64,000 bases of DNA, from contig OZ024741.1 in NCBI GenBank assembly GCA_964016885.1, positions 52,700,001 to 52,764,000 on the forward strand. Direction: 5' to 3'. This document shows positions 27,537 through 42,500 of the stretch, piece after piece. The DNA comes from Eledone cirrhosa. Taxonomy: Eukaryota. Position 1 is the first letter of the stretch. Each line of letters opens with the position of its first letter. The notes beneath the pieces were generated by a model. That model saw nothing but the letters and a program-made list of their open reading frames with translations, was not told the origin of the DNA and made no database searches. Position numbers and translations under genes: made by a program.

Positions 27537-30500
27537 TTGTTATTGCTGTTCTTGTTGTGGTTGTTGTTATTGCTGTTCTTGTTGTGGTTTTGTTATTGCT
27601 GTTCTTGTTGTGGTTGTTCTTATTGCTGTTCTTGTTCTGGTTGTTGTTATTGCTGTTCTTGTTGTGGTTGTTGTTATTGCTGTTCTTGTTGTGGTCTTTG
27701 TTATTGCTGTTCTTGTTGTGGTTGTTCTTATTGCTGTTCTTGTTCTGGTTGTTGTTATTGCTGTTCTTGTTGTGGTTGTTGTTATTGCTGTTCTTGTTGT
27801 GGTCTTTGTTATTGCTGTTCTTGTTGTGGTTGTTGTTATTGCTGTTCTTGTTGTGGTTGTTGTTATTGCTGTTCTTGTTGTGGTCGTTGTTATTGCTGTT
27901 CTTGTTGTGGTTGTTGTTATTGCTGTTCTTGTTGTGGTTGTTGTTATTGCTGGTCTTGTTGTGGTTGTTCTTATTGCTGTTCTTGTTGTGGTTATTCTTA
28001 TTGCTGTTTTGTTGTGGTTGTTGTTATTGCTGCTCTTGTTGTGGTCTTTGTTATTGTTGTTCTTGTTGTGGTTGTTCTTATTGCTGTTCTTGTTGTGGTT
28101 GTTCTTATTGCTGTTCTTGTTGTGGTTGTTGTTATTGCTGTTCTTGTTGTGGTTGTTGTTACTGCTGTTCTTGTTGTGGTTGTTGTTATTGCTGTTTTGT
28201 TGTGGTTGTTGCTATTGCTTTTCTTGTTGTGGTTGTTGCTATTGCTTTTCTTGTTGTGGTTGTTGTTATTGCTGCTCTTGTTGTGGTTGTTCTTATTGCT
28301 GTTCTTGTTGTGGAGGTTGTTATTGCTGTTCTTGTTGTGGTTGTTCTTATTGCTGTTCTTGTTGTGGTTGTTGTTATTGCTGTTCTTGTTGTGGTTGTTG
28401 TTATTGCTGTTCTTGTTGTGGTTGTTCTTATTGCTGTTCTTGTTGTGGTGGTTGTTATTGCTGTTCTTGTTGTGGTTGTTCTTGTTGCTGTTCTTGTTGT
28501 GGTTGTTGTTATTGCTGTTCTTATTGTGGTTGTTCTTATTGCTGTTCTTGTTGTGGTTGTTGTTATTGCTGTTCTTGCTGTGGTTGTTGTTATTGCTGTT
28601 CTTGTTGTGGTTGTTGTTATTGCTGTTCTTGTTGTGGTTGTTCTTATTGCTGCTCTTGTTGTGTTTTTTCTTATTGCTATTCTTGTTGTGGTTGTTGTTA
28701 TTGCTGTTCTTGTTGTGGTGGTTGTTATTGCTGTTCTTGTTGTGGTTGTTCTTATTGCTGTTCTTGTTGTGGTTGTTGTTATTGCTGTTCTTGTTGTGGT
28801 TGTTGTTATTGCTGTTCTTGTTGTGGTTGTTCTTATTGCTATACTTATTGTGGTTGTTGTTATTGCTGTTCTTGTTGTGGTTGTTGTTATTGCTGTTCTT
28901 GTTGTGGTGGTTGTTATTGCTGTTCTTGTTGTGGTTGTTCTTGTTGCTGTTCTTGTTGTGGTTGTTGTTATTGCTGTTCTTGTTGTGGTTGTTCTTATTG
29001 CTGTTATTGTTGTGGTTATTGTTATTGCTGTTCTTGTTGTGGTTGTTGTTATTGCTGTTCTTGTTGTGGTTGTTGTTATTGCTGTTCTTGTTGTGGTTGT
29101 TCTTATTGTTGTTCTTGTTGTGGTTGTCCTTATTGCTGTTCTTGTTGTGGTTGTTGTTATTGCTGTTCCCGTTGTGGTTGTTGTTATAGCTGTTCTTGTT
29201 GTGGTTGTTCTTATTGCTGTTCTTGTTGTGGTTGTTGTTATTGCTGTTCTTGTTGTGGTGGTTGTTATTTCTGTTCTTGTTGTGGTTGATGCTATTGCCG
29301 TTCTTGTTGTGGTTGTTGCTATTGCTGTTCTTGTTGTGGTTGTTGTTATTGCTGTTCTTCTTGTGGTTGTTTTTATTGCTGTTCTTTTTGTGGTGGTTGT
29401 TATTGCTGTTCTTGTTGTGGTTATTCTTATTGCTGTGTTGTTGTGGTTGTTGTTATTGCTGCTCTTGTTGTGGTTGTTCTTATTGCAGTTCTTGTTGTGG
29501 TTCTTGGTATTGCAGTTCTTGTTGTGGTTGTTGTTATTGCTGTTCTTGTTGTGGTTGTTGTTATTGTTGTTCTTGTTGTGGTTGTTGTTACTGCTGTTCT
29601 TGTTGTGGTGGTTGTTATTGCTGTTTTTGTTGTGGTTCTTGCTATTGATTTTCTTGTTGTGGTTGTTGTTATTGCTGTTCTTGTTGTGGTTGTTGTTATT
29701 GCTGTTCTTGTTGTGGTTGTTCTTATTGCTGTTCTTGTTGTGGTTGTTGTTATTTCTGTTCTTGTTGTGGTGGTTGTTATTGCTGTTCTTGTTGTGGTTA
29801 TTCTTATTGCTGTTTTGTTGTGGTTGTTGTTATTGCTGCTCTTGTTGTGGTCTTTGTTATTGTTGTTCTTGTTGTGGTTGTGTTATTGCTGTTCTTGTTG
29901 TGGTTGTTGTTATTGCTGTTCTTGTTGTGGTCGTTGTTATTGCTGTACTTGTTGTGGTTGTTGTTATTGCTGTTCTTTTTGTGGTTGTTGTTATTGCTGT
30001 TCTTGTTGTGGTTGTTGTTATTGCTGTTCTTGTTGTGGTCTTTGTTATTGCTGTTCTTGTTGTGGTTGTTGTTATTGCTGTTCTTGTTGTGGTTGTTGTT
30101 ATTGCTGTTCTTGTTGTGGTTGTTGTTATTTCTGTTCATGTTGTGGTTGATCTTATTGCTGTTCTTGTTGTGGTTGTTCTTATTGCTGTTCTTGATGTGG
30201 TTGTTGTTATTGCTGTTCTTGTTGTGGTTGTTGTTATTGCTGTTCTTATTGTGGTTGTTCTTATTGCTGTTCTTGTTGTGGTTGTTCTTATTGCTGTTCT
30301 TGTTGAGGTTGTTCTTATTGCTGTTCTTGTTGTGGTTGTTGTTACTGCTGTTCTTGTTGTGGTTGTTGTTATTGCTGTTCTTGTTGTGGTTGTTGTTATT
30401 GCTGTTCTTGTTGTGGTTGTTACTATTGCTTTTCTTGTTGTGGTTGTTGTTATTGCTGTTCTTGTTGTGGTTGTTGTTATTGCTGTTCTTGTTGTGGTTG

Positions 30501-33500
30501 TTCTTATTGTTGTTCTTGTTGTGGTTGTTGTTATTTCTGTTCTTGTTGTGATGGTTGTTATTGCCGTTCTTATTGTGTTATACTTATTGCTGTTTTGTTG
30601 TGGTTGTTCTTATTGCTGTTCATGTTGTGGTTGATCTTATTGCTGTTCTTGTTGTGGTTGTTCTTATTGCTGTTCTTGATGTGGTTGTTGTTAATGCTGT
30701 TCTTCTTGTGGTTGTTGTTATTGCTGTTCTTGTTGTGGTTGTTCTTATTGCTGTTCTTGTTGTGGTTGTTCTTATTGCTGTTCTTGTTGTGGTTGTTCTT
30801 ATTGCTGTTCTTGTTGTGGTTGTTCTTATTGCTGTTCTTGTTGTGGTTGTTCGTATTGCTGTTCTTGTTGTGGTTGTTGCTATTGCTTTTCTTTTTGTGG
30901 TTGTTGTTATTGCTGTTCTTGTTGTGGTTGTTGTTATTGCTGTTCTTGTTGTGGTTGTTCTTATTGTTGTTCTTGTTGTTGTTGTTGTTATTTCTGTTCT
31001 TGTTGTGATGGTTGTTATTGCCGTTCTTATTGTGGTTATTCTTATTGCTGTTTTGTTGTGGTTGTTTTTATTGCCGCTCTTGTTGTGGTTGTTCTTATTG
31101 CTGTTCTTGTTGTGGGTGTTGTTATTGCTGTTCTTGTTGTGGTTGTTGTTATTGCTGTTCTTGTTGTGGTGATTGTTATTGCTGTTCTTGTTGTGGTTGT
31201 TTTTGTTGCTGTTCTTGTTGTTGTTGTTGTTATTGCTGTTCTCGCTGTGGTTGCTGTTATTGCTGTTCTTGTTGTGGTTGTTCTTATTTCTGTTCTTGTT
31301 TTGGTTGTTGTTATTGCTGTTCTTGTTGTGGTTGTTGATATTGCTGTTCTTGTTGTGGTGCTTGTTATTGCTGTTCTTGTTGTGGTTGTCCTTATTGCTG
31401 TTCTTGTTGTGGTTGTTGTTATTGCTGTTCTTGTTGTGGTGGTTGTTATTTCTGTTCTTGTTGTGGTTGATGCTATTGCCGTTCTTGTTGTGGTTGTTGC
31501 TATTGCTGTTCTTGTTGTGGTTGTTGTTATTGCTGTTCTTCTTGTGGTTGTTTTTATTGTTGTTCTTGTTGTGGTGGTTGTTATTGCCGTTCTTGTTGTG
31601 GTTATTCTTATTGCTGTGTTGTTGTGGTTGTTGTTATTGCTGCTCTTGTTGTGGTTGTTCTTATTGCAGTTCTTGTTGTGGTTCTTGGTATTGCATTTCT
31701 TGTTGTGGTTGTTGTTATTGCTGTTCTTGTTGTGGTTGTTGTTATTGTTGTTCTTGTTGTGGTTGTTGTTACTGCTGTTCTTGTTGTGGTGGTTGTTATT
31801 GCTGTTTTTGTTGTGGTTCTTGCTATTGATTTTCTTGTTGTGGTTGTTGTTATTGCTGTTCTTGTTGTGGTTGTTGTTATTGCTGTTCTTGTTGTGGTTG
31901 TTCTTATTGCTGTTCTTGTTGTGGTTGTTGTTATTTCTGTTCTTGTTGTGGTGGTTGTTATTGCTGTTCTTGTTGTGGTTATTCTTATTGCTGTTTTGTT
32001 GTGGTTGTTGTTATTGCTGTTCTTTTTGTGGTTGTTGTTATTGCTGTTCTTGTTGTGGTTGTTGTTATTGCTGTTCTTGTTGTGGTCTTTGTTATTGCTG
32101 TTCTTGTTGTGGTTGTTGTTATTGCTGTTCTTGTTGTGGTTGTTGTTATTGCTGTTCTTGTTGTGGTTGTTGTTATTTCTGTTCATGTTGTGGTTGATCT
32201 TATTGCTGTTCTTGTTGTGGTTGTTCTTATTGCTGTTCTTGATGTGGTTGTTGTTATTGCTGTTCTTGTTGTGGTTGTTGTTATTGCTGTTCTTATTGTG
32301 GTTGTTCTTATTGCTGTTCTTGTTGTGGCTGTTCTTATTGCTGTTCTTGTTGAGGTTGTTCTTATTGCTGTTCTTGTTGTGGTTGTTGTTACTGCTGTTC
32401 TTGTTGTGGTTGTTGTTATTGCTGTTCTTGTTGTGGTTGTTCTTATTGCTGTTCTTGTTGTGGTTGTTACTATTGCTTTTCTTGTTGTGGTTGTTGTTAT
32501 TGCTGTTCTTGTTGTGGTTGTTGTTATTGCTGTTCTTGTTGTGGTTGCTCTTATTGTTGTTCTTGTTGTGGTTGTTGTTATTTCTGTTCTTGTTGTGATG
32601 GTTGTTATTGCCGTTCTTATTGTGTTATACTTATTGCTGTTTTGTTGTGGTTGTTCTTATTGCTGTTCATGTTGTGGTTGATCTTATTGCTGTTCTTGTT
32701 GTGGTTGTTCTTATTGCTGTTCTTGATGTGGTTGTTGTTATTGCTGTTCTTGTTGTGGTTGTTGTTATTGCTGTTCTTGTTGTGGTTGTTCTTATTGCTG
32801 TTCTTGTTGTGGTTGTTCTTATTGCTGTTCTTGTTGTGGTTGTTCTTATTGCTGTTCTTGTTGTGGTTGTTCTTATTGCTGTTCTTGTTGTGGTTGTTCG
32901 TATTGCTGTTCTTGTTGTGGTTGTTGCTATTGCTTTTCTTTTTGTGGTTGTTGTTATTGCTGTTCTTGTTGTGGTTGTTGTTATTGCTGTTCTTGTTGTG
33001 GTTGTTCTTATTGTTGTTCTTGTTGTTGTTGTTGTTATTTCTGTTCTTGTTGTGATGGTTGTTATTGCCGTTCTTATTGTGGTTATTCTTATTGCTGTTT
33101 TGTTGTGGTTGTTTTTATTGCTGCTCTTGTTGTGGTTGTTCTTATTGCTGTTCTTGTTGTGGGTGTTGTTATTGCTGTTCTTGTTGTGGTTGTTGTTATT
33201 GCTGTTCTTGTTGTGGTGGTTGTTATTGCTGTTCTTGTTGTGGTTGTTTTTGTTGCTGTTCTTGTTGTTGTTGTTGTTATTGCTGTTCTCGCTGTGGTTG
33301 TTGTTATTGCTGTTCTTGTTGTGGTTGTTCTTATTTCTGTTCTTGTTGTGGTTGTTGTTATTGCTGTTCTTGTTGTGGTTGTTGATATTGCTGTTCTTGT
33401 TGTGGTGCTTGTTATTGCTGTTCTTGTTGTGGTTGTCCTTATTGCTGTTCTTGTTGTGGTTGTTGTTATTGCTGTTCTCGTTGTGGTTGTTGTTATTGCT

Positions 33501-36500
33501 GTTCTTGTTGTGGTTGTTCTTATTGTTGTTCTTGTTGTGGTTGTTTTTATTGCTTTTCTTGTTGTGGTTGTTGTTATTGCTGTTCTCGTTGTGGTTGTTG
33601 TTATTGCTGTTCTTGTTGTGGGTGTTCTTATTGCTGTTCTTGTTGTGGTTGTTGTTATTGCTGTTCTTGTTGTGGTTGTTGTTATTGCTGTTCTTTTTGT
33701 GGTTGTTGTTATTGCTGTTCTTGTTGTGGTGGTTGTTATTTCTGTTTTTGTTGTGGTTGATGCTATTGCCGTTCTTGCTGTGGTTGTTGCTATTGCTGTT
33801 CTTGTTGTGGTTGTTGTTATTGCTGTTCTTGTTGTGGTTGTTGTTATTGCTGTTCTTGTTGTGGTGGTTGTTATTGCTGTTCTTGTTGTGGTTATTCTTA
33901 TTGCTGTGTTGTTGTCGTTGTTGTTATTGCTGCTCTTGTTGTGGTTGTTCTTATTGCTGTTCTTGTTGTGGTTCTTGGTATTTCAGTTCTTGTTGTGGTT
34001 GTTGTTATTGCTGTTCGTGTTGTGGTTGTTGTTATTGCTGTTCTTGTTGTGGTTGTTGTTACTGCTGTTCTTGTTGTGGTGGTTGTTATTTCTGTTCTTG
34101 TTGTAGTTGTTGTTATTGCTGTTCTTGTTGTGGTTGTTCTTATTGCTGTCCTTGTTGTGGTTGTTGATATTGCTTTTCTTGTTGTGGTTGTTCTTCTTGC
34201 TGTTCTTGTTGTGGTTGTTGTTATTGCTGCTCTTGTTATGGTGGTTGTTATTGCTGTTCTTGTTGTGGTTGATGCTATTGCCGTTCTTGTTGTGGTTGTT
34301 GCTATTGCTGTTCTTGTTGTGGTTGTTCTTATTGCTGTTTTGTTGTGGTTGTTGTTATTGCTGTTCTTGTTGTGGTGGTTGTTATTGCTGTTCTTGTTGT
34401 GGTTATTCTTATTGCTGTTTTGTTGTGGTTGTTGTTATTGCTGCTCTTGTTGTGGTTGTTGTTATTGCTGTTCTTATTGTGGTTGTTGTTATTGCTGTTC
34501 TTGTTGTAGTTGTTCTTATTGCTGTTCTTGTTGTGGTTGTTGTTACTGCTGTTCTTGTTGTGTTTGTTGTTATTGCTGTTCTTGTTGTGGTTGTTCTTAT
34601 TGCTGTTTTTGTTGTGGTTGTTGCTATTGCTTTTCTTGTTGTGGTTGTTGTTATTGCTGTTCTTGTTGTGGTTGTTGTTATTGCTGTTCTTGTGGTTGTT
34701 CTTATTGCTGTTCTTGTTGTGGTTGTTGTTATTTCTGTTCTTGTTGTGGTGGTTGTTATTGCTGTTCTTGTTGTGGTTATTCTTATTGCTGTTTTGTTGT
34801 GGTTGTTGTTATTGCTGCTCTTGTTGTGGTCTTGTTATTGTTGTTCTTGTTGTGGTTGTGTTATTGCTGTTCTTGTTGTGGTTGTTGTTATTGCTGTTCT
34901 TGTTGTGGTCGTTGTTATTGCTGTTCTTGTTGTGGTTTTTGTTATTGCTGTTCTTGTTGTGGTTGTTGTCATTGCTGTTCTTGTTGTGGTCGTTGTTATT
35001 GCTGTTCTTGTTGTGGTTGTTCTTATTGCTGTTCTTGTTGTGGTTGTTGTTATTTCTGTTCATGTTGTGGTTGATCTTATTGCTGTTCTTATTGTGGTTG
35101 TTCTTATTGCTGTTCTTGTTGTGGTTGTTGTTATTGCTGTTCATGTTGTGGTTGATCTTATTTCTGTTCTTGTTGTGGTTGTTCTTATTGCTGTTCTTGA
35201 TGTGGTTGTTGTTATTGCTGTTCTTGTTGTGGTTGTTGTTATTGCTGTTCTTGTTGTGGTTGTTCTTATTGCTATTCTTATTGTGGTTGTTGTTATTGCT
35301 GTTCTTGTTGTGGTTGTTGTTATTGCTGTTCTTGTTGTGGTGGTTGTTATTGCTGTTCTTGTTGTGGTTGTTCTTGTTGCTGTTCTTGTTGTGGTTGTTG
35401 TTATTGCTGTTCTCGTTGTGGTTGTTCTTATTGCTGTTCTTGTTGTGGTTGTTGTTATTGCTGTTCTTGTTGTGGTTGTTGTTATTGCTGTTGTTGTTGT
35501 GGTTGTTGTTATTGCTGTTCTTGTTGTGGTTGTTCTTATTGTTGTTCTTGTTGTGGTTGTCCTTATTGCTGTTCTTGTTGTGGTTGTTGTTATTGCTGTT
35601 CTCGTTGTGGTTGTTGTTATTGCTGTTCTTGTTGTGGTTGTTCTTATTGCTGTTCTTGTTGTGGTTGTTGTTATTGCTGTTCTTGTTGTGGTTTTTGTTA
35701 TTGCTGTTATTTTTGTGGTTGTTGTTATTGCTGTTCTTGTTGTGGTGGTTGTTATTTCTGTTTTTGTTGTGGTTGATGCTATTGCCGTTCTTGTTGTGGT
35801 TGTTGCTATTGCTGTTCTTGTTGTGGTTGTTGTTATGGCTGTTCTTGTTGTGGTTGTTTTTATTGCTGTTCTTGTTGTGGTGGTTGTTATTGCTGTTCTT
35901 GTTGTGGTTATTCTTATTGCTGTGTTGTTGTGGTTGTTGTTATTGCTGCTCTTGTTGTGGTTGTTCTTATTGCTGTTCTTGTTGTGGTTCTTGGTATTGC
36001 AGTTCTTGTTGTGGTTGTTGTTATTGCTGTTCTTGTTGTGGTTGTTGTTATTGCTGTTCTTGTTGTGGTTGTTGTTACTGCTGTTCTTGTTGTGGTGGTT
36101 GTTATTGCTGTTTTTGTTGTGGTTCTTGCTATTGCTTTTCTTGTTGTGGTTGTTGTTATTGCTGTTCTTGTTGTGGTTGTTGTTATTGCTGTTCTTGTTG
36201 TGGTTGTTCTTATTGCTGTTCTTGTTGTGGTTGTTGTTATTTCTGTTCTTGCTGTGGTGGTTGTTATTGCTGTTCTTGTTGTGGTTATTCTTATTGTTGT
36301 TTTGTTGTGGTTGTTGTTATTGCTGTTCATGTTGTGGTTGATCTTATTGCTGTTCTTGTTGTGGTTGTTGTTATTTCTGTTCTTGTTGTGATGGTTGTTA
36401 TTGCCGTTCTTATTGTGGTTATTCTTATTGCTGTTTTGTTGTGGTTGTTGTTATTGCTGTTCATGTTGTGGTTGATCTTATTGCTGTTCTTGTTGTGGTT

Positions 36501-39500
36501 GTTCTTATTGCTGTTCTTGATGTGGTTGTTGTTATTGCTGTTCTTGTTGTGGTTGTTCTTATTGCTGTTCTTGTTGTGGTTGTTCTTATTGCTGTTCTTG
36601 TTGTGGTTGTTCTTATTGCTGTTCTTGTTGTGGTTGTTCTTATTGCTGTTCTTGTTGAGTTTGTTCTTATTGCTGTTCTTGTTGTGGTTGTTGTTACTGC
36701 TGTCCTTGTTGTGGTTGTTGTTATTGCTGTTCTTGTTGTGGTTGTTCTTATTGCTGTTCTTGTTGTGGTTGTTGCTATTGCTTTTCTTTTTGTGGTTGTT
36801 GTTATTGCCGTTCTTGTTGTGGTTGTTGTTATTGCTGTTCTTGTTGTGGTTGTTCTTATTGTTGTTCTTGTTGTTGTTGTTGTTATTTCTGTTCTTGTTG
36901 TGATGGTTGTTATTGCCGTTCTTATTGTGGTTATTCTTATTGCTGTTTTGTTGTGGTTGTTGTTATTGCTGCTCTTGTTGTGGTTGTTCTTATTGCTGTT
37001 CTTGTTGTGGGTGTTGTTATTGCTGTTCTTGTTGTGGTGGTTGTTATTGCTGTACTTGTTGTGGTTGTTCTTATTGCTGTTCTTGTTGTGGTTGTTGTTA
37101 TTGCTGTTCTTTTTGTGGTTGTTGTTATTGCTGTTCTTGTTGTGGTTGTTCTTATTGCTATTCTTATTGTGGTTGTTATTATTGCCGTTCTTGTTGTGGT
37201 TGTTGTTATTGCTGTTCTTGTTGTGGTGGTTGTTATTGCTGTTCTTGTTGTGGTTGTTCTTGTTGCTGTTCTTGTTGTTGTTGTTGTTATTGCTGTTCTC
37301 GTTGTGGTTGTTGTTATTGCTGTTCTTGTTGTGGTTGTTCTTATTGCTGTTCTTGTTGTGGTTGTTGTTATTGCTGTTCTTGTTGTGGTTGTTGTTATTG
37401 CTGTTCTCGTTGTGGTTGTTGTTATTGCTGTTCTTGTTGTGCTTGGTCTTATTGCTGTTCTTGTTGTGGTTGTTGTTATTGCTGTTCTTGTTGTGGTTGT
37501 TGTTATTGCTGTTCTTTTTGTGGTTGTTGTTATTGCTGTTCTTGTTGTGGTGGTTGTTATTTCTGTTCTTGTTGTGGTTGATGCTATTGCCGTTCTTGTT
37601 GTGGTTGTTGCTATTGCTGTTCTTGTTGTGGTTGTTGTTATTGCTGTTCTTGTTGTGGTTGTTGTTATTGCTGTTCTTGTTGTGGTGGTTGTTATTGCTG
37701 TTCTTGTTGTGGTTATTCTTATTGCTGTGTTGTTGTGGTTGTTGTTTTTGCTGCTCTTGTTGTGGTTGTTCTTATTGCTGTTCTTGTTGTGGTTCTTGGT
37801 ATTGCAGTTCTTGTTGTGGTTGTTGTTATTGCTGTTCTTGTTGTGGTTGTTGTTATTGCTGTTCTTGTTGTGGTTGTTGTTACTGCTGTTCTTGTTGTGG
37901 TGGTGGTTATTGCTGTTCTTGTTGTGGTTGTTGTTATTGCTGTTCTTGTTGTGGTTGTTCTTATTGCTGTCCTTGTTGTGGTTGTTGATATTGCTTTTCT
38001 TGTTGTGGTTGTTCTTCTTGCTGTTCTTGTTGTGGTTGTTGTTATTGCTGTTCTTGTTATGGTGGTTGTTATTGCTGTTCTTGTTGTGGTTGATGCTATT
38101 GCCGTTCTTGTTGTGGTTGTTGCTCTTGCTGTTCTTGTTGTGGTTGTTGTTATTGCTGTTCTTGTTGTGGTTGTTGTTATTGCTGTTCTTGTTGTGGTGG
38201 TTGTTATTGCTGTTCTTGTTGTGGTTATTCTTATTGCTGTTTTGTTGTGGTTGTTGTTATTGCTGCTCTTGTTGTGGTTGTTGTTATTGCTGTTCTTATT
38301 GTGGTTGTTGTTATTGCTGTTCTTGTTGTAGTTGTTCTTATTGCTGTTCTTGTTGTGGTTGTTGTTACTGCTGTTCTTGTTGTGTTTGTTGTTATTGCTG
38401 TTCTCGTTGTGGTTGTTCTTATTGCTGTTTTTGTTGTGGTTGTTGCTATTGCTTTTCTTGTTGTGGTTGTTGTTATTGCTGTTCATGTTGTGGTTGATCT
38501 TATTTCTGTTCTTGTTGTGGTTGTTCTTATTGCTGTTCTTGATGTGGTTGTTGTTATTGCTGTTCTTGTTGTGGTTGTTGTTATTGCTGTTCTTGTTGTG
38601 GTTGTTCTTATTGCTATTCTTATTGTGGTTGTTGTTATTGCTGTTCTTGTTGTGGTTGTTGTTATTGCTGTTCTTGTTGTGGTGGTTGTTATTGCTGTTC
38701 TTGTTGTGGTTGTTCTTGTTGCTGTTCTTGTTGTGGTTGTTGTTATTGCTGTTCTTGTTGTGGTTGTTCTTATTGCTGTTCTTGTTGTGGTTGTTGTTAT
38801 TGCTGTTCTTGTTGTGGTTGTTGTTATTGCTATTCTTGTTGTGGTTGTTGTTATTGCTGTTCTTGTTTTGGTTGTTCTTATTGTTGTTCTTGTTGTGGTT
38901 GTCCTTATTGCTGTTCTTGTTGTGGTTGTTGTTATTGCTGTTCTCGTTGTGGTTGTTGTTATTGCTGTTCTTGTTGTGGTTTTTGTTATTGCTGTTCTTT
39001 TTGTGGTTGTTGTTATTGCTGTTCTTGTTGTGGTGGTTGTTATTTCTGTTTTTGTTGTGGTTGATGCTATTGCCGTTCTTGTTGTGGTTGTTGCTATTGC
39101 TGTTCTTGTTGTGGTTGTTGTTATGGCTGTTCTTGTTGTGGTTGTTTTTATTGCTGTTCTTGTTGTGGTGGTTGTTATTGCTGTTCTTGTTGTGGTTATT
39201 CTTATTGCTGTGTTGTTGTGGTTGTTGTTATTGCTGCTCTTGTTGTGGTTGTTCTTATTGCTGTTCTTGTTGTGGTTCTTGGTATTGCAGTTCTTGTTGT
39301 GGTTGTTGTTATTGCTGTTCTTGTTGTGGTTGTTGTTATTGCTGTTCTTGTTGTGGTTGTTGTTACTGCTGTTCTTGTTGTGGTGGTTGTTATTGCTGTT
39401 TTTGTTGTGGTTCTTGCTATTGCTTTTCTTGTTGTGGTTGTTGTTATTGCTGTTCTTGTTGTGGTTGTTGTTATTGCTGTTCTTGTTGTGGTTGTTCTTA

Positions 39501-42500
39501 TTGCTGTTCTTGTTGTGGTTGTTGTTATTTCTGTTCTTGCTGTGGTGGTTGTTATTGCTGTTCTTGTTGTGGTTATTCTTATTGCTGTTTTGTTGTGGTT
39601 GTTGTTATTGCTGCTCTTGTTGTGGTCTTTGTTATTGTTGTTCTTGTTGTGGTTGTGTTATTGCTGTTCTTGTTGTGGTTGTTGTTATTGCTGTTCTTGT
39701 TGTGGTCGTTGTTATTGTTGTACTTGTTGTGGTTGTTGTTATTGCTGTTCTTTTTGTGGTTGTTGTTATTGCTGTTCTTGTTGTGGTTGTTGTTACTGCT
39801 GTTCTTGTTGTGGTGGTTGTTATTGCTGTTTTTGTTGTGGTTCTTGCTATTGCTTTTCTTGTTGTGGTTGTTGTTATTGCTGTTCTTGTTGTGGTTGTTG
39901 TTATTGCTGTTCTTGTTGTGGTTGTTCTTATTGCTGTTCTTGTTGTGGTTGTTGTTATTTCTGTTCTTGCTGTGGTGGTTGTTATTGCTGTTCTTGTTGT
40001 GGTTATTCTTATTGTTGTTTTGTTGTGGTTGTTGTTATTGCTGTTCATGTTGTGGTTGATCTTATTGCTGTTCTTGTTGTGGTTGTTGTTATTTCTGTTC
40101 TTGTTGTGATGGTTGTTATTGCCGTTCTTATTGTGGTTATTCTTATTGCTGTTTTGTTGTGGTTGTTGTTATTGCTGTTCATGTTGTGGTTGATCTTATT
40201 GCTGTTCTTGTTGTGGTTGTTCTTATTGCTGTTCTTGATGTGGTTGTTGTTATTGCTGTTCTTGTTGTGGTTGTTCTTATTGCTGTTCTTGTTGTGGTTG
40301 TTCTTATTGCTGTTCTTGTTGTGGTTGTTCTTATTGCTGTTCTTGTTGTGGTTGTTCTTATTGCTGTTCTTGTTGAGTTTGTTCTTATTGCTGTTCTTGT
40401 TGTGGTTGTTGTTACTGCTGTCCTTGTTGTGGTTGTTGTTATTGCTGTTCTTGTTGTGGTTGTTCTTATTGCTGTTCTTGTTGTGGTTGTTGCTATTGCT
40501 TTTCTTTTTGTGGTTGTTGTTATTGCCGTTCTTGTTGTGGTTGTTGTTATTGCTGTTCTTGTTGTGGTTGTTCTTATTGTTGTTCTTGTTGTTGTTGTTG
40601 TTATTTCTGTTCTTGTTGTGATGGTTGTTATTGCCGTTCTTATTGTGGTTATTCTTATTGCTGTTTTGTTGTGGTTGTTGTTATTGCTGCTCTTGTTGTG
40701 GTTGTTCTTATTGCTGTTCTTGTTGTGGGTGTTGTTATTGCTGTTCTTGTTGTGGTGGTTGTTATTGCTGTACTTGTTGTGGTTGTTCTTATTGCTGTTC
40801 TTGTTGTGGTTGTTGTTATTGCTGTTCTTTTTGTGGTTGTTGTTATTGCTGTTCTTGTTGTGGTTGTTCTTATTGCTATTCTTATTGTGGTTGTTATTAT
40901 TGCCGTTCTTGTTGTGGTTGTTGTTATTGCTGTTCTTGTTGTGGTGGTTGTTATTGCTGTTCTTGTTGTGGTTGTTCTTGTTGCTGTTCTTGTTGTTGTT
41001 GTTGTTATTGCTGTTCTCGTTGTGGTTGTTGTTATTGCTGTTCTTGTTGTGGTTGTTCTTATTGCTGTTCTTGTTGTGGTTGTTGTTATTGCTGTTCTTG
41101 TTGTGGTTGTTGTTATTGCTGTTCTCGTTGTGGTTGTTGTTATTGCTGTTCTTGTTGTGCTTGGTCTTATTGCTGTTCTTGTTGTGGTTGTTGTTATTGC
41201 TGTTCTTGTTGTGGTTGTTGTTATTGCTGTTCTTTTTGTGGTTGTTGTTATTGCTGTTCTTGTTGTGGTGGTTGTTATTTCTGTTCTTGTTGTGGTTGAT
41301 GCTATTGCCGTTCTTGTTGTGGTTGTTGCTATTGCTGTTCTTGTTGTGGTTGTTGTTATTGCTGTTCTTGTTGTGGTTGTTGTTATTGCTGTTCTTGTTG
41401 TGGTGGTTGTTATTGCTGTTCTTGTTGTGGTTATTCTTATTGCTGTGTTGTTGTGGTTGTTGTTTTTGCTGCTCTTGTTGTGGTTGTTCTTATTGCTGTT
41501 CTTGTTGTGGTTCTTGGTATTGCAGTTCTTGTTGTGGTTGTTGTTATTGCTGTTCTTGTTGTGGTTGTTGTTATTGCTGTTCTTGTTGTGGTTGTTGTTA
41601 CTGCTGTTCTTGTTGTGGTGGTGGTTATTGCTGTTCTTGTTGTGGTTGTTGTTATTGCTGTTCTTGTTGTGGTTGTTCTTATTGCTGTCCTTGTTGTGGT
41701 GTTGATATTGCTTTTCTTGTTGTGGTTGTTCTTCTTGCTGTTCTTGTTGTGGTTGTTGTTATTGCTGTTCTTGTTATGGTGGTTGTTATTGCTGTTCTTG
41801 TTGTGGTTGATGCTATTGCCGTTCTTGTTGTGGTTGTTGCTCTTGCTGTTCTTGTTGTGGTTGTTGTTATTGCTGTTCTTGTTGTGGTTGTTGTTATTGC
41901 TGTTCTTGTTGTGGTGGTTGTTATTGCTGTTCTTGTTGTGGTTATTCTTATTGCTGTTTTGTTGTGGTTGTTGTTATTGCTGCTCTTGTTGTGGTTGTTG
42001 TTATTGCTGTTCTTATTGTGGTTGTTGTTATTGCTGTTCTTGTTGTAGTTGTTCTTATTGCTGTTCTTGTTGTGGTTGTTGTTACTGCTGTTCTTGTTGT
42101 GTTTGTTGTTATTGCTGTTCTCGTTGTGGTTGTTCTTATTGCTGTTTTTGTTGTGGTTGTTGCTATTGCTTTTCTTGTTGTGGTTGTTGTTATTGCTGTT
42201 CATGTTGTGGTTGATCTTATTTCTGTTCTTGTTGTGGTTGTTCTTATTGCTGTTCTTGATGTGGTTGTTGTTATTGCTGTTCTTGTTGTGGTTGTTGTTA
42301 TTGCTGTTCTTGTTGTGGTTGTTCTTATTGCTATTCTTATTGTGGTTGTTGTTATTGCTGTTCTTGTTGTGGTTGTTGTTATTGCTGTTCTTGTTGTGGT
42401 GGTTGTTATTGCTGTTCTTGTTGTGGTTGTTCTTGTTGCTGTTCTTGTTGTGGTTGTTGTTATTGCTGTTCTTGTTGTGGTTGTTCTTATTGCTGTTCTT